Made by a program: the position numbers and the translations under genes
The notes under the pieces: generated by a model
What the model saw: only the letters and a program-made list of their open reading frames with translations
Told to the model about the DNA's origin: nothing
Database searches by the model: none
In this document: positions 38,560-50,999 of the stretch, piece after piece
Layout: the number at the start of each line of letters is the position of its first letter
Position numbering within the stretch: position 1 is the stretch's first letter
Assembly: GCA_964016885.1 (NCBI GenBank)
Contig: OZ024743.1
Location: 158,286,001 to 158,350,000 of the forward strand
Origin: Eledone cirrhosa
Taxonomy: Eukaryota
Direction: 5' to 3'
Length of the DNA: 64,000 nucleotides

Positions 38560-39300
38560 TTGCCTCCACCAACCGGGCAGCTGAACCCATGTTTTCAAGG
38601 CCCAAGCCCAATATATGGCTAGACTCTTCACTCAACAAGGGTACCCACCAGCCCTGGTCCAGTCCATCCTCACCTGAGCCCGTGAGGTTGATTACACCAC
38701 CGCACTCACACCACGCCACCACCCCCTAACAACCAGCTACCCTTCACCCTTACCTACCACCCTACCACTTTGCCTCTCAAGAGGATGATCCGCTGTCTCT
38801 TCCACAACCTCCGGTCAGACTCCTCTACCTCATCCATCTTCCATCTCCCACCCCTCTCCTCCATTAAGAGCACACACACAACCATCATAATCTCCTCGTC
38901 CACAGTTCGCTGCCCACTCCCACTCTTCTCCCAGATCCCAGTCCTGCTCTCAAACCCACTGCCTCACCAACACCTCCACTCTCACCAGACACACCAGCCT
39001 AACTTTCCACATTAGGGACTCCTTCCACTGCACTTTCACGAGTCTTGTTTATGGGATATGATGCGTACAATGTGGTGCCCTCTATATTGGCCAAACCAGC
39101 TTCTGTTTGGTGGACAGATTTGCCAAGGACCTCAGGGACATCCGATTAAGCAGCCCATCCCCCATCACCGAACATTTCTACTCCGCCCAGCCCTCTACTG
39201 ACCAGCCTCGTCGCATGCACTGGACCACTGGAATCATGCCTCAGTGGGAAAGAGCACCTTATTTTTTCTCTTGACTCCTTTACCCCACCTGGAATAAACA
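38560..39300 (+). pseudogene. Penelope-like element ORF remnant: RT C-terminal/thumb region, Cys linker and GIY-YIG endonuclease
   Basis: PFTLTYHP..LPLKRMIR..F..L.SD....IF..PP; CSQTHCLT linker; SFHCT.TSLVYGI*CVQCGALYIGQT...L.DRF...LRDIR; EHF; E.LIFSLDSFTPPGIN at ~39250-39300. Confidence 0.88.
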
Positions 39301-39494
39301 CACCACATGCTGGCATGCGCACACACGTGCATGTGGGCCATGCCCATGTGTTCATGTATGCATCCACCCATGTTGGCATGGGTTTGTGTATGCTCGCACA
39401 TGCGCACCTCCACCTAATAAACACTTTGCAAGCATCACTAACACACCCTCTCACTCACACATGTACGTCTGCACATAAGTATATGTTCATATGT

Positions 39495-42400
39495 ATCATC
39501 ATCATCATCATCATCACTGTTTTACGTCTGTTCTTCCATGCTAGCATGGGTTAGACGAGTTGTCCTGCTGTGGGCAGTGTCTGGTCGGCTGACCATGCCT
39601 TGCTCATACAGGGACTGATTTTGGTTTGATTTCTACAGCCAGATGCCCTTCCTAACACCAACCTTATTTACAGTGAGTGCTGGGTGCTTTTTTCCATGGC
39701 ATCTACACGTCCACTTTACAGTGTGGGCTGGGTGCTTTTTTGCTGTGGCACCTCCACGACCACCTTGCAGTGGGAGGGTGTGGGGCATATTGTCTATATA
39801 CTTCAGCTTGTACCCATGGGAGGTCGGGTACTCTGTATTACTGTGTGACACCAGAGGTCACGTTCGTGTGTCATCGCCTTTGAGAGGTGTAATTGGGTAA
39901 GGTCGGCTTTTATCACCTCATCCCAGGTCTTCTTGGGTCTCCCCACTCCGCGGTTTCCATTGACTTCTAGTGCTCAGCACCTTTTTATGCAGCTGTCATC
40001 CTTCATACGCATCACATGTCCATACCAACGCAACTGCCTCTCCTGCACACAGCATTTGATTCCTCTTATGCTCAGTCTCTCTCTCAATTCATTTATGCTT
40101 TGTCATTCACGTATATTACTATTACACATCCATCGGAGCATGCAGGCTTCGTTTCTTTCTAATCTACATAAGTCTTCCACCTTCAGCGCCCAGGTCTCAC
40201 TACCATGTAACATTGCTGCTTGGATACACGCATCATACAGTCTGCCTTTCATTTTGAGGGAGAAGCCTTTTGCAGCTAGCAGTGGCAGTAGTTCCCTGAA
40301 CTTCTTTCATCCCGTTCTTACCTTAGTTATTGTACTTTCTGAACACCCACCTCCGCTGCTAATTCAGTCACCTAGGTAGCAGAAGCTGTCTACTGTTTCT
40401 ACAGAGATTGGTGGTACTTGTTTCCTGTGGCTGTTTGCTGCTTGCTGTCCCAGCACAGCTGCTGCATGTGAAGCCTACATTCTTAATTAAGCTTCCTGAG
40501 ATCCCGCTACATCTCTTGTGTACCCATTGTTTGCATTTGGGGCAGAGAATGGAGTTCCAACCTACACCTTTCCTACATACTGAGCAAGGCCATTTCCCTG
40601 AGGGGATCTGGGTTCTGTTTTCTCGTCTACCTACAAGGACCTTAGTCTTTGTCATGTTGACTTTGAGACCCTTTCTTTCTAGTCCCTGCTTCCAAGTTTG
40701 GAATTTCTTCTCTAGTTCTCCATAGATTCAGCTATAAGTGTGAGGTCATCAGCATACAGAAGTTCCCATGGGCATCCGGTCTTAAACTCCTCCGTTATTG
40801 CCTGCAGGACTATGATGAACAGGAGAGGGCTAAGAACAGAGCCCTGGTGGACACCAACCTGTATGCTAAATTCCTCACTATACTCATTGCTAATCCTAAC
40901 TTTGCTGACTGCTCCCTTATACATGGCTTGTACAGCTTTCACAAGCCATTCATCTACTCCTAGTTTTCTAAGAGCTCACCAGATTACAGCACGTGGAACT
41001 CTGTCAAAGGCTTTCTCGAGATCGACGAATGCCAGGTAGAGTGGCTTACTTTTAGCTAGGTACTTTTCCTGTAACTGCCTCACAAGGAAGAGGGCATCAG
41101 TGGTGCCTCTTCCTGGTACAAACCCAAATTGCATCTCATCTAGTTTCACTCGGTCCCTAATCAACTGTGCTATAACTCTTTCTGTTACTTTCATGACCTG
41201 GTCCATCAGCTTTATACCTCTATAGTTTCCTCTATCTAGTGCATCACCTTTACCTTTGTAGCAGTTGACAATGATGCTACTGCACCAATCTTTTGGTATG
41301 ACACCTTCTAGTATTACCTGGTTAACAATACGTGTGGTTATAGTGTGACCTACAGACCCAGATGCCTTCAGCATCTCAGCAGCTATACCCGATGGACCGG
41401 TTGCCTTCCCCATCTTCATATCTTTGATTGCCTTACTTACTACGCTGCTGCTGACTTGTACTGCTGGCCTCTCTATAGGGTCTGCTTGGGGTAGGGTCTC
41501 TTCTTCCCATGGATTCTCCTCATTTAGTAATCTATCATAATGGCTCTTCCATGCATCTTTCTTCTCAGCACTTGTGAGGGCAAGCTCACCTTTATCATTC
41601 CGGATACACTTCTCTCCAATGACATCACAATTCTCTCTGACACACTGCCTCGCAATCTTGAACATCTCCTGTTTCTGGTCCTCACGTTGCAAAACATGCT
41701 TGAATTTTCTATCTTCTGCTTCCCTCCTAGCTAAGTATACTTGTCGCCTAGCTTCCCTCTTGGTCTCTATGTAATGTACCCTGCTCCCCCCATTCTTCCA
41801 TTCTTTCCATGCCTGTCTCTTGGCCTTAACTGCCTCATCTACCTTATTGTTCCACCACCAAGTCACTCTCCTCCTGCTTGTGGTCTTACTCCAGCCACAG
41901 ACCTCATCCGTCGCCTCTAGTAAGTTATTTTTTTAGGAAATCCCAGTGCTCTTCTACATTGAATGTCTCTATCTGTTCTTCTTTACTGTCGTAGGCGTTG
42001 AGTAAAATATCTTTAAATCTGTTACTGGCTGAGGGGCCTTTCAGCTTCCAGATCTTTCTTCTCCAGGTTGGCCTCTGTTTCCAGGTTCGTCTAGTTCTGA
42101 CCGTGAGGTCGCTGACAACTAAGCTATGTTGGGAGGTACATTCCTCACTAGGGTAGGCTTTTGTGTTTACGACCGTCCATTTGTCACGTCCTCTGATGAG
42201 GATAAAATCTATCTGACTAGAATGCTCCCCTGATCTATAGGTGATCAGGTGGTTGTCGGGTTTTTTGAAGTTTGTGTTACATATCGACATGTCATTGGCG
42301 TCGCAGAATTCCTGAAGTCTGAATCCTTCTTCATTTCTTGTACCAACCCTGTGGCCTCCATGGACTCTATTGAACAGTGTTTACCTATGTGTCCGTTAAA

Positions 42401-42670
42401 ATCTCCTGCGATGATTAGGAAGTCATTGTAGTTTGTTAGAGCAGTAGTGTGCATTAGGGACTCGTAAAACCTATTCTTAAGTTCGTCTGGCAACCCCGAT
42501 TGGGGTGCGTAAGCTGATATTATTGTGGTAATTGTTTTATTCAGGACTAGTATGAGTTTAATGATTCTTGCATTTACCCTGTACACTGAGATTACTTTAT
42601 CTACCCACTTGTCAGCTAGTAGTATACCAACACCACCCATCCCATCGTCATTTCCAACCCAGAAAAATTT
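39495..42670 (-). mobile_element. Near full-length RTE-clade LINE (APE endonuclease + RT, several frameshifts), nested downstream of the Penelope ORF
   Basis: GGVGILL, SAYAPQ, GDFNGHIG, SQIDFIL, SQH..V (APE); NYRGIKL, QFGF, FVDLEKAFDRVP, GVHQGSVLSPLLF, LLYADDL (RT); Cys/His insert; (GAT)n tail at 39495-39516. Confidence 0.96.
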
Positions 42671-43049
42671 ATGTATATATATATATATAACTCTGCTAAG
42701 AGTATTGCAATCGCTTGTCAGATTATAGAATTTGGTGCACTTTTAGGCTACCGCCAGCCACACGAACCTGTTACATATCCTGAACAAGCAATGCTTGGAA
42801 GGTTTTTTAAGTGGGGAAAGGCCTTGCACTTGACCAATCCCACTCTCTGAGCATCAAAAACACTACCCGAAAAGGAGAACTGGTCAACATCATCGGATGC
42901 TTCCGAAGACGCAGGTTTTTTTTTCAGAGTCTCCCTCTCCTAAAAAGGTGTTTTAACAACAACTGGTGACCTTTCACTCCCATATATATATATATATGTA
43001 CTCATGTGTGTGTGTGCTTACTCATCTGCATGCTCACACGTCACCAGCA

Positions 43050-44190
43050 CTACCACCACCACCACATTTATACACACACCACCAATGCTGCCAGTACCAC
43101 CAGCCCCTCCATACGACTTTGACCCCTCACACCAACTTTCTCGCTCACCGACCACACATCTCTTCTACCTCAATCCCTTAAACTCTATCTGACCACTGTA
43201 TATAATCCCCACCTCCCAGTTCTTCCTTAGAACTCTGCCACCAACATCTCCCCCACACTCCCTGCACTACCCATCTTCATTTCTCTATTCCATTTTAACC
43301 CCCCCCCCCCCCCCCCGCCAGTGTTAAACCCTCCCCCGCACGACATTCACTCAGTCACACCAGCTTCCTCCTTCCACTTCTGTCCCCTACACCTTTTCTG
43401 ACCATTGAATATAACACACACACATTCCCTAGTTATTCCTTAGAACTCTGCCACCGCCATCTCACATGCACCCACACACACGCACACACTTCCACCCACA
43501 CACTCCCTGCAGCTATCCACAATTCCTTTCTCTATCCCATTTCACCATACATCTACCCCATTCAACTCGGCCTCCGTCACTTTTGAACTCCTGTATTTCA
43601 CCCATCTCAGAGCATACACACATACACACATACACACTTACACACATACACACATACACACATACACACTTACACACATACACACATACACACATACACA
43701 CTTACATACATACACACATACACACATACACACTTACACACTTACATACATACACATATACACACATACACACATGCAACCAACAATCACACATCTCTAC
43801 CAAACACACATACCAGCATAAACACGCTCACATCTCTACCAACAACACACTTAACACCCACACACATGCAAACACACTGTAATGTGCACTCCACCTAAAC
43901 ATCAACTGCACATCGATCTCCCCCACCTCGCCCCCACCAGGACATTAGACCACCCCCTCTCTCCTCTTTATTATTCTTATTTTTATTGTTTATTTTTTAT
44001 TTTTGTAATTTCTTCCTAATATTATTTCAAATACCATTTATTTATTTTTATTTTTTGCATTTTTCATTCTTTACCGTTATTTTCTTTGCTATTTTCCTTT
44101 TGTGTTATTCCTGAAGGGCAAATGCCTGATACATTGTCTATGTAACTCTTTCTCCAAGCGTGAAACTAATACACTTTATGTTATTTGACG
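43050..44190 (+). mobile_element. Probable Penelope 3' region/pLTR with decayed HHR at ~44107-44140
   Basis: C-rich then T-rich tract ending cCTGAagggcaaatgcctGAtAcattgTC; downstream ctctttc...aa.ta.ta.a resembles the sequence after the 45624 HHR. Confidence 0.45.
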
Positions 44191-44219
44191 CACACACACA
44201 CATATATATATATATATAT

Positions 44220-44830
44220 CATCATCATCCTCATCATCATCATCGTTTAACATATATCTTCCACATTAGCATGAGTTAGACAGGAATTGTCCCACTTGTG
44301 GCAAGATTGATCAGGTGACCATGTCTCGCTCGTATAGGACTGTATCTGGCAGGTTTTCCACAGCTGGATGCCTTTCCTAACACCAACCACATTTGCTGTG
44401 TGAACTGGGAGCCTTTTTTACCGTGTTTCCTACACGACCACTTTACATCATGGACTGGGTCCTTCTTTGTCATGATACCCATACAACCTCTTTAGTTTGG
44501 ACTGGATGTTCTGTGGTACCAACATAACCTTACAGAGAGAGGGTGGTGTTGGTGGGAGTGGGAGGATGGAGTAGGGGTAGTGGGTTGGAGTGTATATTTG
44601 GTTAAGAGGTGCCTACTGACTGTAGGTTTAACTTTGTACATAGAGAAGGCGGGTCTTCTGTATTACTGCGTAGCGCCAAAGGTCTCGATCCAGGGATATT
44701 GTATTAGAGAGGTGTAAGGGTGCAAGGTCAGATTTTATTGTGGTCTCAGGTTTTTCTGGGTCTACCTACGTTGTAACTTCTATCAATTTTTGATCGCCTT
44801 GCACTTTTTTATACAGCTGCCGTCTTTCAT
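44220..44830 (-). mobile_element. Older RTE 3' end copy (related tails at 46372-46660, 47150-47495, 50342-50810)
   Basis: (CAT)n, ttccac..tagcatg.gttaga, tttc.acagctggatgcc.ttcctaacacc. Confidence 0.8.
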
Positions 44831-44888
44831 ATATATATATATTTTTTTTTTCATTCATCATCATTTTACGTCCGATTTTCCCTGCTTG

Positions 44889-44929
<41 letters not shown>

Positions 44930-45108
44930 AATAAAATAACAAGGACGATTGGTTAGTCCTTCATTACATTTATTGGTTTGTGACGGGCGTTTTGCCACTG
45001 ATCAGCTCAAGGTTCGATCTGTATCGATCTATCCTGACTCTGAAGTGAACCTAAACATCAAGTGCTCACCCGGGTGAACCTACAGTAACTCCAAGTTACA
45101 CTCCCTGG
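44930..45108 (-). mobile_element. Truncated HHR-type element related to the 26568-27082 element
   Basis: Minus strand agagtcagga..gatcg..ccttgagctgatcagtggc-aAAA-cgcccg-TC-acaaacc; (TA)n on both flanks. Confidence 0.6.
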
Positions 45109-45309
45109 ATATATATATATATATACAGGTAAAATTCCATTATAACAAATACCATTATAAAAAATTTTTCAGAATAGTGAAATCTTTTTCAATCCTCGCG
45201 GTAAACACAAAGAAACGCTCGATTTATTTTGGTCGATCTCATTATAAAGAATTTTAACAGACATGATAAAAAGTACTCTATTCAATACCGAAGTAAAATT
45301 TAAATATTT

Positions 45310-45925
45310 GCCTTTCTCTTTTCGTAATTCCCTTCTCTCTCACCTGACACATCCATTCAAAAGCACCTATCCACCTGACCTCTCCCTCCCATCCTAGAGT
45401 CTTCTCCTATGTATACTGTCTCTATTTGAGAAATTTAATCACGTCTGATGATCCTGTGAGTGTGCAGATGAAACTACAGAATAACAAGACTCACTCCTTA
45501 GCCATAACAAATGAATGATGGCTGATTGAATATACATGTGCTTTTTCTCAAAAACTTTTTTCCTTTCCTTCCACTTCTCCCTTTCTTTCTATCTTTCTAT
45601 TTCATCTTTTATTTCCCATCCTATCTTCTGATGAAGGACTGATGTCTGAAATGTAAAGACTCTTTTCCTACTATAGCAAATGTTAAATTAGTATATTGCT
45701 TTGTTGTATTGTGTTATGTGCTTTGTTGTTTCTGTTTTACAAGAAGTTACTGTTGCATGCCATCATGATTACCACAGTGATGTGAAGCATTCTTTATATT
45801 TTGGAGACTCATCATTCATCAGAAGATAGAATGAGAAATAAAAGATGAAATAGAAAGTGAGAAGAGGAAGGAATGGAAAAAAACTTTTTTTGAGAAAAAG
45901 AACAAGTGTATTCAATCAGCCATTT
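45310..45925 (+). mobile_element. Penelope pLTR-like segment with minimal HHR and an inverted partial copy
   Basis: 45815-45925 is the diverged reverse complement of ~45518-45635. Confidence 0.7.
45624..45659 (+). ncRNA. Minimal type-I hammerhead motif (Penelope type)
   Basis: tctt-CTGATGA-aggactgatgtct-GAAA-tg-TA-aaga; stem I tctt/aaga; stem III ATGT probably decayed from the ACGT palindrome. Confidence 0.7.
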
Positions 45926-45958
45926 TGGAGAAAAAAACATTATATATATATATATATA

Positions 45959-46078
45959 TATATTTATTAAAATAACAGATTAAAGTTTAAGCAAAGAATC
46001 GCTGCTTCAGAAGATCCCGTTAAGGGTGAAAGCAGCGATTCTTTGCTTAAACTTTAATCTGTTATTTTAATAAATATT
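45959..46078. repeat. Perfect ~48-bp-arm palindrome with HHR-like centre
   Basis: tatttattaaaataacagattaaagtttaagcaaagaatcgctgctt-cagaagatcccgttaagggtga-aagcagcgattctttgcttaaactttaatctgttattttaataaata. Confidence 0.92.
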
Positions 46079-46963
46079 TGCTCTATGGTTCTTATATATT
46101 TGATATATATTTTCCTTATCGAGCCCTCTTTGGATTTTAGTCTTCAATTTTATTATTACTATATATATATATATATATATATAGTTTATTGGTGTGTAAC
46201 ATTTAGTTAGTATTGGTTCACCAGTTTCAGCACCTAATATGGGTCTGGTTGCTGATGTGGTATTCTACATTTGGTATTACACCATAGATGGTATTCTTAA
46301 GAAACAGCGTGTTAATAATCCACAGGTCTGTATATATATATATATATGTTCATATATGTGTGTGTATATATCATCATCATCATCATCATTTAACGTCCAT
46401 CTTCCACGCTAGCATGGGTTAGACGGGAATTGTCTCACTTGAGGCAAGATTGGACGGGTGACTGTGTCTCTCTCGTATAGGACTGGTCTGGCAGGTTTTC
46501 TACGGCTGGATGCCTTTCCTAACACTGCGAGGTTTTTACCGTGTTACCTACACGGCCACATTACAGCGTGGACTGTGTGTTTTTTTGTTGTGACACCTAC
46601 ACGACCTCATTAGTTTGGACTGGATGTTGTGGTACCAATATAACTTTACAGAGAAAGGGTATATTCATATATGCCTGTGTGTGTATATATATATATATTC
46701 ATATATGTCTATGCATATGTATATATCTATATGTCTGTGTGTATATATATATATTCATATATGTGTGTGCATATGTATATATGTATATATATCTATCTAT
46801 ATATATATAGACATAGATATGATCAATTTACATCTGATTTCCATGCTCATATGGGTTGAACAGGTTGTTATGGATCAAGTCAGTTCGTATTTGTAAATGG
46901 GTTGGAAAACCATGTCTTACTTGTACATTCCATTCTTTTCTTGTTTGAGTGTGTGTGTGTATG

Positions 46964-46994
<31 letters not shown>

Positions 46995-47551
46995 TATATA
47001 TTCAATATTACAAAAAAAACAAGGTTAACAACTTACATTCATATATAAATAAAAATATATGTACACACACACACCCTAACACCCCACACAAGCCCAACAC
47101 CCCATCCCTCACCATCATCCCTAGATCTACCTCTCCAATCCCCACACACGTTCCCCATCCAAGTCCCCAGTCCACACTGTAAAGTGGTCATGTTGGTGAC
47201 ATGACAAAAGGTGCCCAGTCCACACAGTAAAATGGCCATGTAGGTGTCACTACAAAAAGCGCCCAGCCCACACTGTCAATTGGTCATGTTGATGACATGA
47301 CAAGAAGTATCTGGCCCACACTATAAAGTGGTTGTGTACACATCATGGCAAAAAGTACCCAGTCCACACTATACAGTACACACTGTAAATATGGTTGGTG
47401 TTAGGAAGGGCACCTAGCCATAGAAACCAAGCCAGAACCAGTTTTATATGAACCTGATCTGACTTGCCTCACAATGGGACAACTCATCTAACCCATACAC
47501 ACACACACACACATACACACATATATATATATATATATATACATATATATG

Positions 47552-47898
47552 TCATCATCACCATCATCATTTCATTTTACGTCCGCTTTTTCCCTGCTTG
47601 CAAGGGTGGGACGGGAACTGATTCTGGCTTGATTTCTACAGCTGGATGCCCTTCCTAACACCAACCTCATTTACAGTGAGTGCTGGGTGCTTTTTTGCCG
47701 TGGCACCTCCACGACCACTTTGCAGTGGAATGATAGGGACCCCAGTCCCTAACATCTCATTTCTACAGCTGAGTAAACTGGAGCAATGTGAAATAAAGTG
47801 TCTTGCTCAAGGAAACAACACATCACCCGGTCTGAGAATTGAACTCACAACCTTTCGATTGCAAGGCCAATGCTCTAACCACTAAGCCATGTGCCTCC
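47552..47898 (-). mobile_element. SINE family B1, full length
   Basis: Near-identical to 12663-13015. Confidence 0.92.
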
Positions 47899-47974
47899 AT
47901 GTATATATATATGTGTATATATATATATGTGTATATATATATGTATATATATGCATGTATATATATATATACAA

Positions 47975-48017
<43 letters not shown>

Positions 48018-48098
48018 TGTATATATATATATATACAAATCTGTATATATATATATATATATGTGTGTGTATGCGTGCGTGTGTGTGTGCATGTATAC

Positions 48099-48156
<58 letters not shown>

Positions 48157-48705
48157 TTTTTTCTTTGTCCACTTATTAATGGGAGGCTTGTCGGGGCAGA
48201 GTCTTCAAGCATGCCTCCCAGTGAGTCCTGTCAGAAGCAACTCTCTCCAATTGATCCAGCTGGATCCCCTACAGAGACCAGCTGAGCTTATCTTGTTCAG
48301 GATCTACTCCTGGGTCTCCTACCTGTTGGCTTTGCCTGTAATAAATCTGTTCATCAATTCTTTCCTGAGACATTCTGGCTACATGTCTATAGTGTCAGAG
48401 ATGCGATCTCTCAATTTAAAGTAGAGGCTCTAACTGAAGCAACTCCCTGATTTCTGAGCTTCACACTCTATCAAGTAATATTACTCTAAAGATCATTCAG
48501 AGGAACCCCATTTTGGCTACATATATGCAATCATATTCTTTCAGACATTACCCAAGATTCTGACTGTCAATCTATAGTTATCTAAGTATGTATATTTACC
48601 AATGTATCAATCTTCGGACAGGAACAACAATAACAACAAAGCACAAATTCCAAGCAGTCCAAAGATAAAAAGGTAGATATGTATATATATATATATATAT
48701 ATATA

Positions 48706-48790
<85 letters not shown>

Positions 48791-48854
48791 AAAGAGGTAG
48801 GTGGGTAGTTAGTAGGTAGGTAGGCACAACAATGTCATTGAAATTTAGTGGCTA

Positions 48855-49139
48855 CTAGACCACCCGTGATCCTTCGGGTCACGTTCACTTTAAAATATTT
48901 TTTTAAATCATGTTCATTTAAAAATAATTTTTAAATAATTAAAATATCCACAGACATGTATATAATGTAAAATGAAATTGGAGGTCCATATATATATGCT
49001 GTAATCAAAAAATTATTTAATCAGATATTTTTTCCTATAAACTTTGTCATTCTTTGAGTACTTTTCTAACATACACACAATGATGGCAATAAGTATGTTC
49101 TTTATAAAACAAATAGGCTCAAGTATTTATAAACAATGA
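48855..49139 (-). mobile_element. Short non-autonomous Helitron
   Basis: Minus strand 3' end cgtgacccgaaggatcacg hairpin (48865-48883) + ggtggt + CTAG|T; candidate 5' A|TC at 49139 is less certain. Confidence 0.6.
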
Positions 49140-49309
49140 TCATTTGTATACACTCTCATACATATATATATATATATGTGTGTATATGGACACACATACA
49201 TACTAGTATATATATATATATATATATATGTGTGTCTGTGTGTGTGTTTATGTGTGGATGAGTATATGTGTATGTGTATGTGTATGTGTATGTATGTCTT
49301 TAAAGTCAA

Positions 49310-49560
49310 TCACAAGTCAGGAGGCTCATTAAGTCAGTGCTTATCCTGATATCATGGTGTGAAGTGACTGAAAATACAAGACTGGACAGGACGCCAGTTA
49401 TTCACAGTGTTAAACCCCCAGCTATTGCTGGTACTCATTTTCAGCTAAATATACTGGAGCAACGTGAAATAAAGTGTTTTGCTCAAGAACACAACATACA
49501 ATCCAGCCCAGGAATCGAACACAAAACATTATGATCATAAGTCCGACACCCTTACCACTA
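49310..49560 (-). mobile_element. SINE family B3 (second copy at 54343-54620, plus strand)
   Basis: tRNA-like head, cttgagcaaaa.act..atttcacgttgctccagtata..cagctgaaaatgagtaccagcaatagctgg. Confidence 0.85.
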
Positions 49561-50221
49561 CGTGTATGTGAAATACATGATGTCATTTTCAAAATACTTA
49601 CAGTTCCTCACATTCAAACAAACATACATGCATGAAGAGCACATACTGGCTTACTTGGAAGTATGTACAGACACAAATACATATACTTAAACAAATAGAG
49701 ATAGTTGTGTATATCTCTCTACACACGCATTGCACACACACACACACACTCTTTCTCTCTCTTACATATACACACAAATATACACTTACACATCCACATC
49801 CAGACATACACAGAGGCTATTGATAGCTCATATTTCAGGAAGCAAGAAATAATCTATTTCGAATTATTAGTTTATATATAACTTATACTATAAAATGTTT
49901 TGACATGTAAAAGTCACAGTGACGATACAGAAGATATATATATATCTGTGTGTATGGAAGGGGGGGGTGCATGTGGACGTGTATCTATGTATGTATGCAT
50001 GCATGTGTGTGTATGTATATTGTATAACTATGGATGTAAATATATATGTATATATCTGTGTGTGTGCATGTGTGTTTGTATATATATATATTTGTGTATA
50101 TATATATATTATATATATGTATGTGTGAATGTATGTGTGTGTGTGTGCATGTATGTGTTAGTCCCAGGTTCAATCAGGGGTAACCACAGTAAGCAAGGTA
50201 CTCAATACATTAGTAGTGTGC

Positions 50222-50338
50222 ATACAACAAATTTAATATAAAAATAGCTTCTAGAGGACTAGAACTATTTCAGATGATTTCCTTCGAATGAAACAGTTCT
50301 AATCCAGTAGAAGCCATTTCTATATTAAATTTGTTATA
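50222..50338. repeat. Diverged palindrome with HHR-like centre
   Basis: Arms aacaaatttaatata..tttca / tgaaa..tatattaaatttgtt; centre GATGA-tttccttcgaat-GAAA. Confidence 0.8.
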
Positions 50339-50813
50339 TATCATCATCATCATCATCATCAACGTTTAACGTCCGTGTTCCACGCTTGCATGGGTTTGGA
50401 CGAGGGTTCTCCCACTTGAGGCAAGAGTGATTGTCTTGCTCGCATAGGACTATCTGGCGGGTTTTCTACAGCTGGATGCCCTTCCTAACACCAACCACAT
50501 TTACAGTGTGGGGCTGGGAGGTTTTTACCGTGTTGCCTACACGGCCACATTACAGCGTGGACTGTCTGGCAGGTTTTCTACAGCTGTATGCCCTTCCTAA
50601 CACCAACCACATTTACAGTGTGGGGCTGGGAGGTTTTTACCGTGTTGCCTACACGGCCACATTACAGCGTGGACTGTGTCTACACGATCTCATTTGTTTC
50701 GGCCTGGATGTTGTGGCACCAACATAACTTTACATTGAAGGGGCGGTGTGGATGGGGTGGGGTGGGGTGTATTTTGTTAGAGATGCCTACTGGCTGTAGT
50801 AGGTTTTACTTTG

Positions 50814-50879
<66 letters not shown>

Positions 50880-50999
50880 AACACACATGCACATACACAG
50901 ATATATACATATATATTTACATACATAGATACATGTGCACGTGCGCACATGCATACATGCACACGCACACATACATGCACAAACACACACATATATATA

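Noticed and set aside
45124-45300. TA|CAGGTAAAATTCC start resembling a pogo/Tigger TIR
   Set aside because: No matching right-hand TIR found.
47823-48424. YI/CV/HT-repeat ORFs here and throughout the window
   Set aside because: Translations of (TA)n, (TG)n and (CA)n microsatellites.
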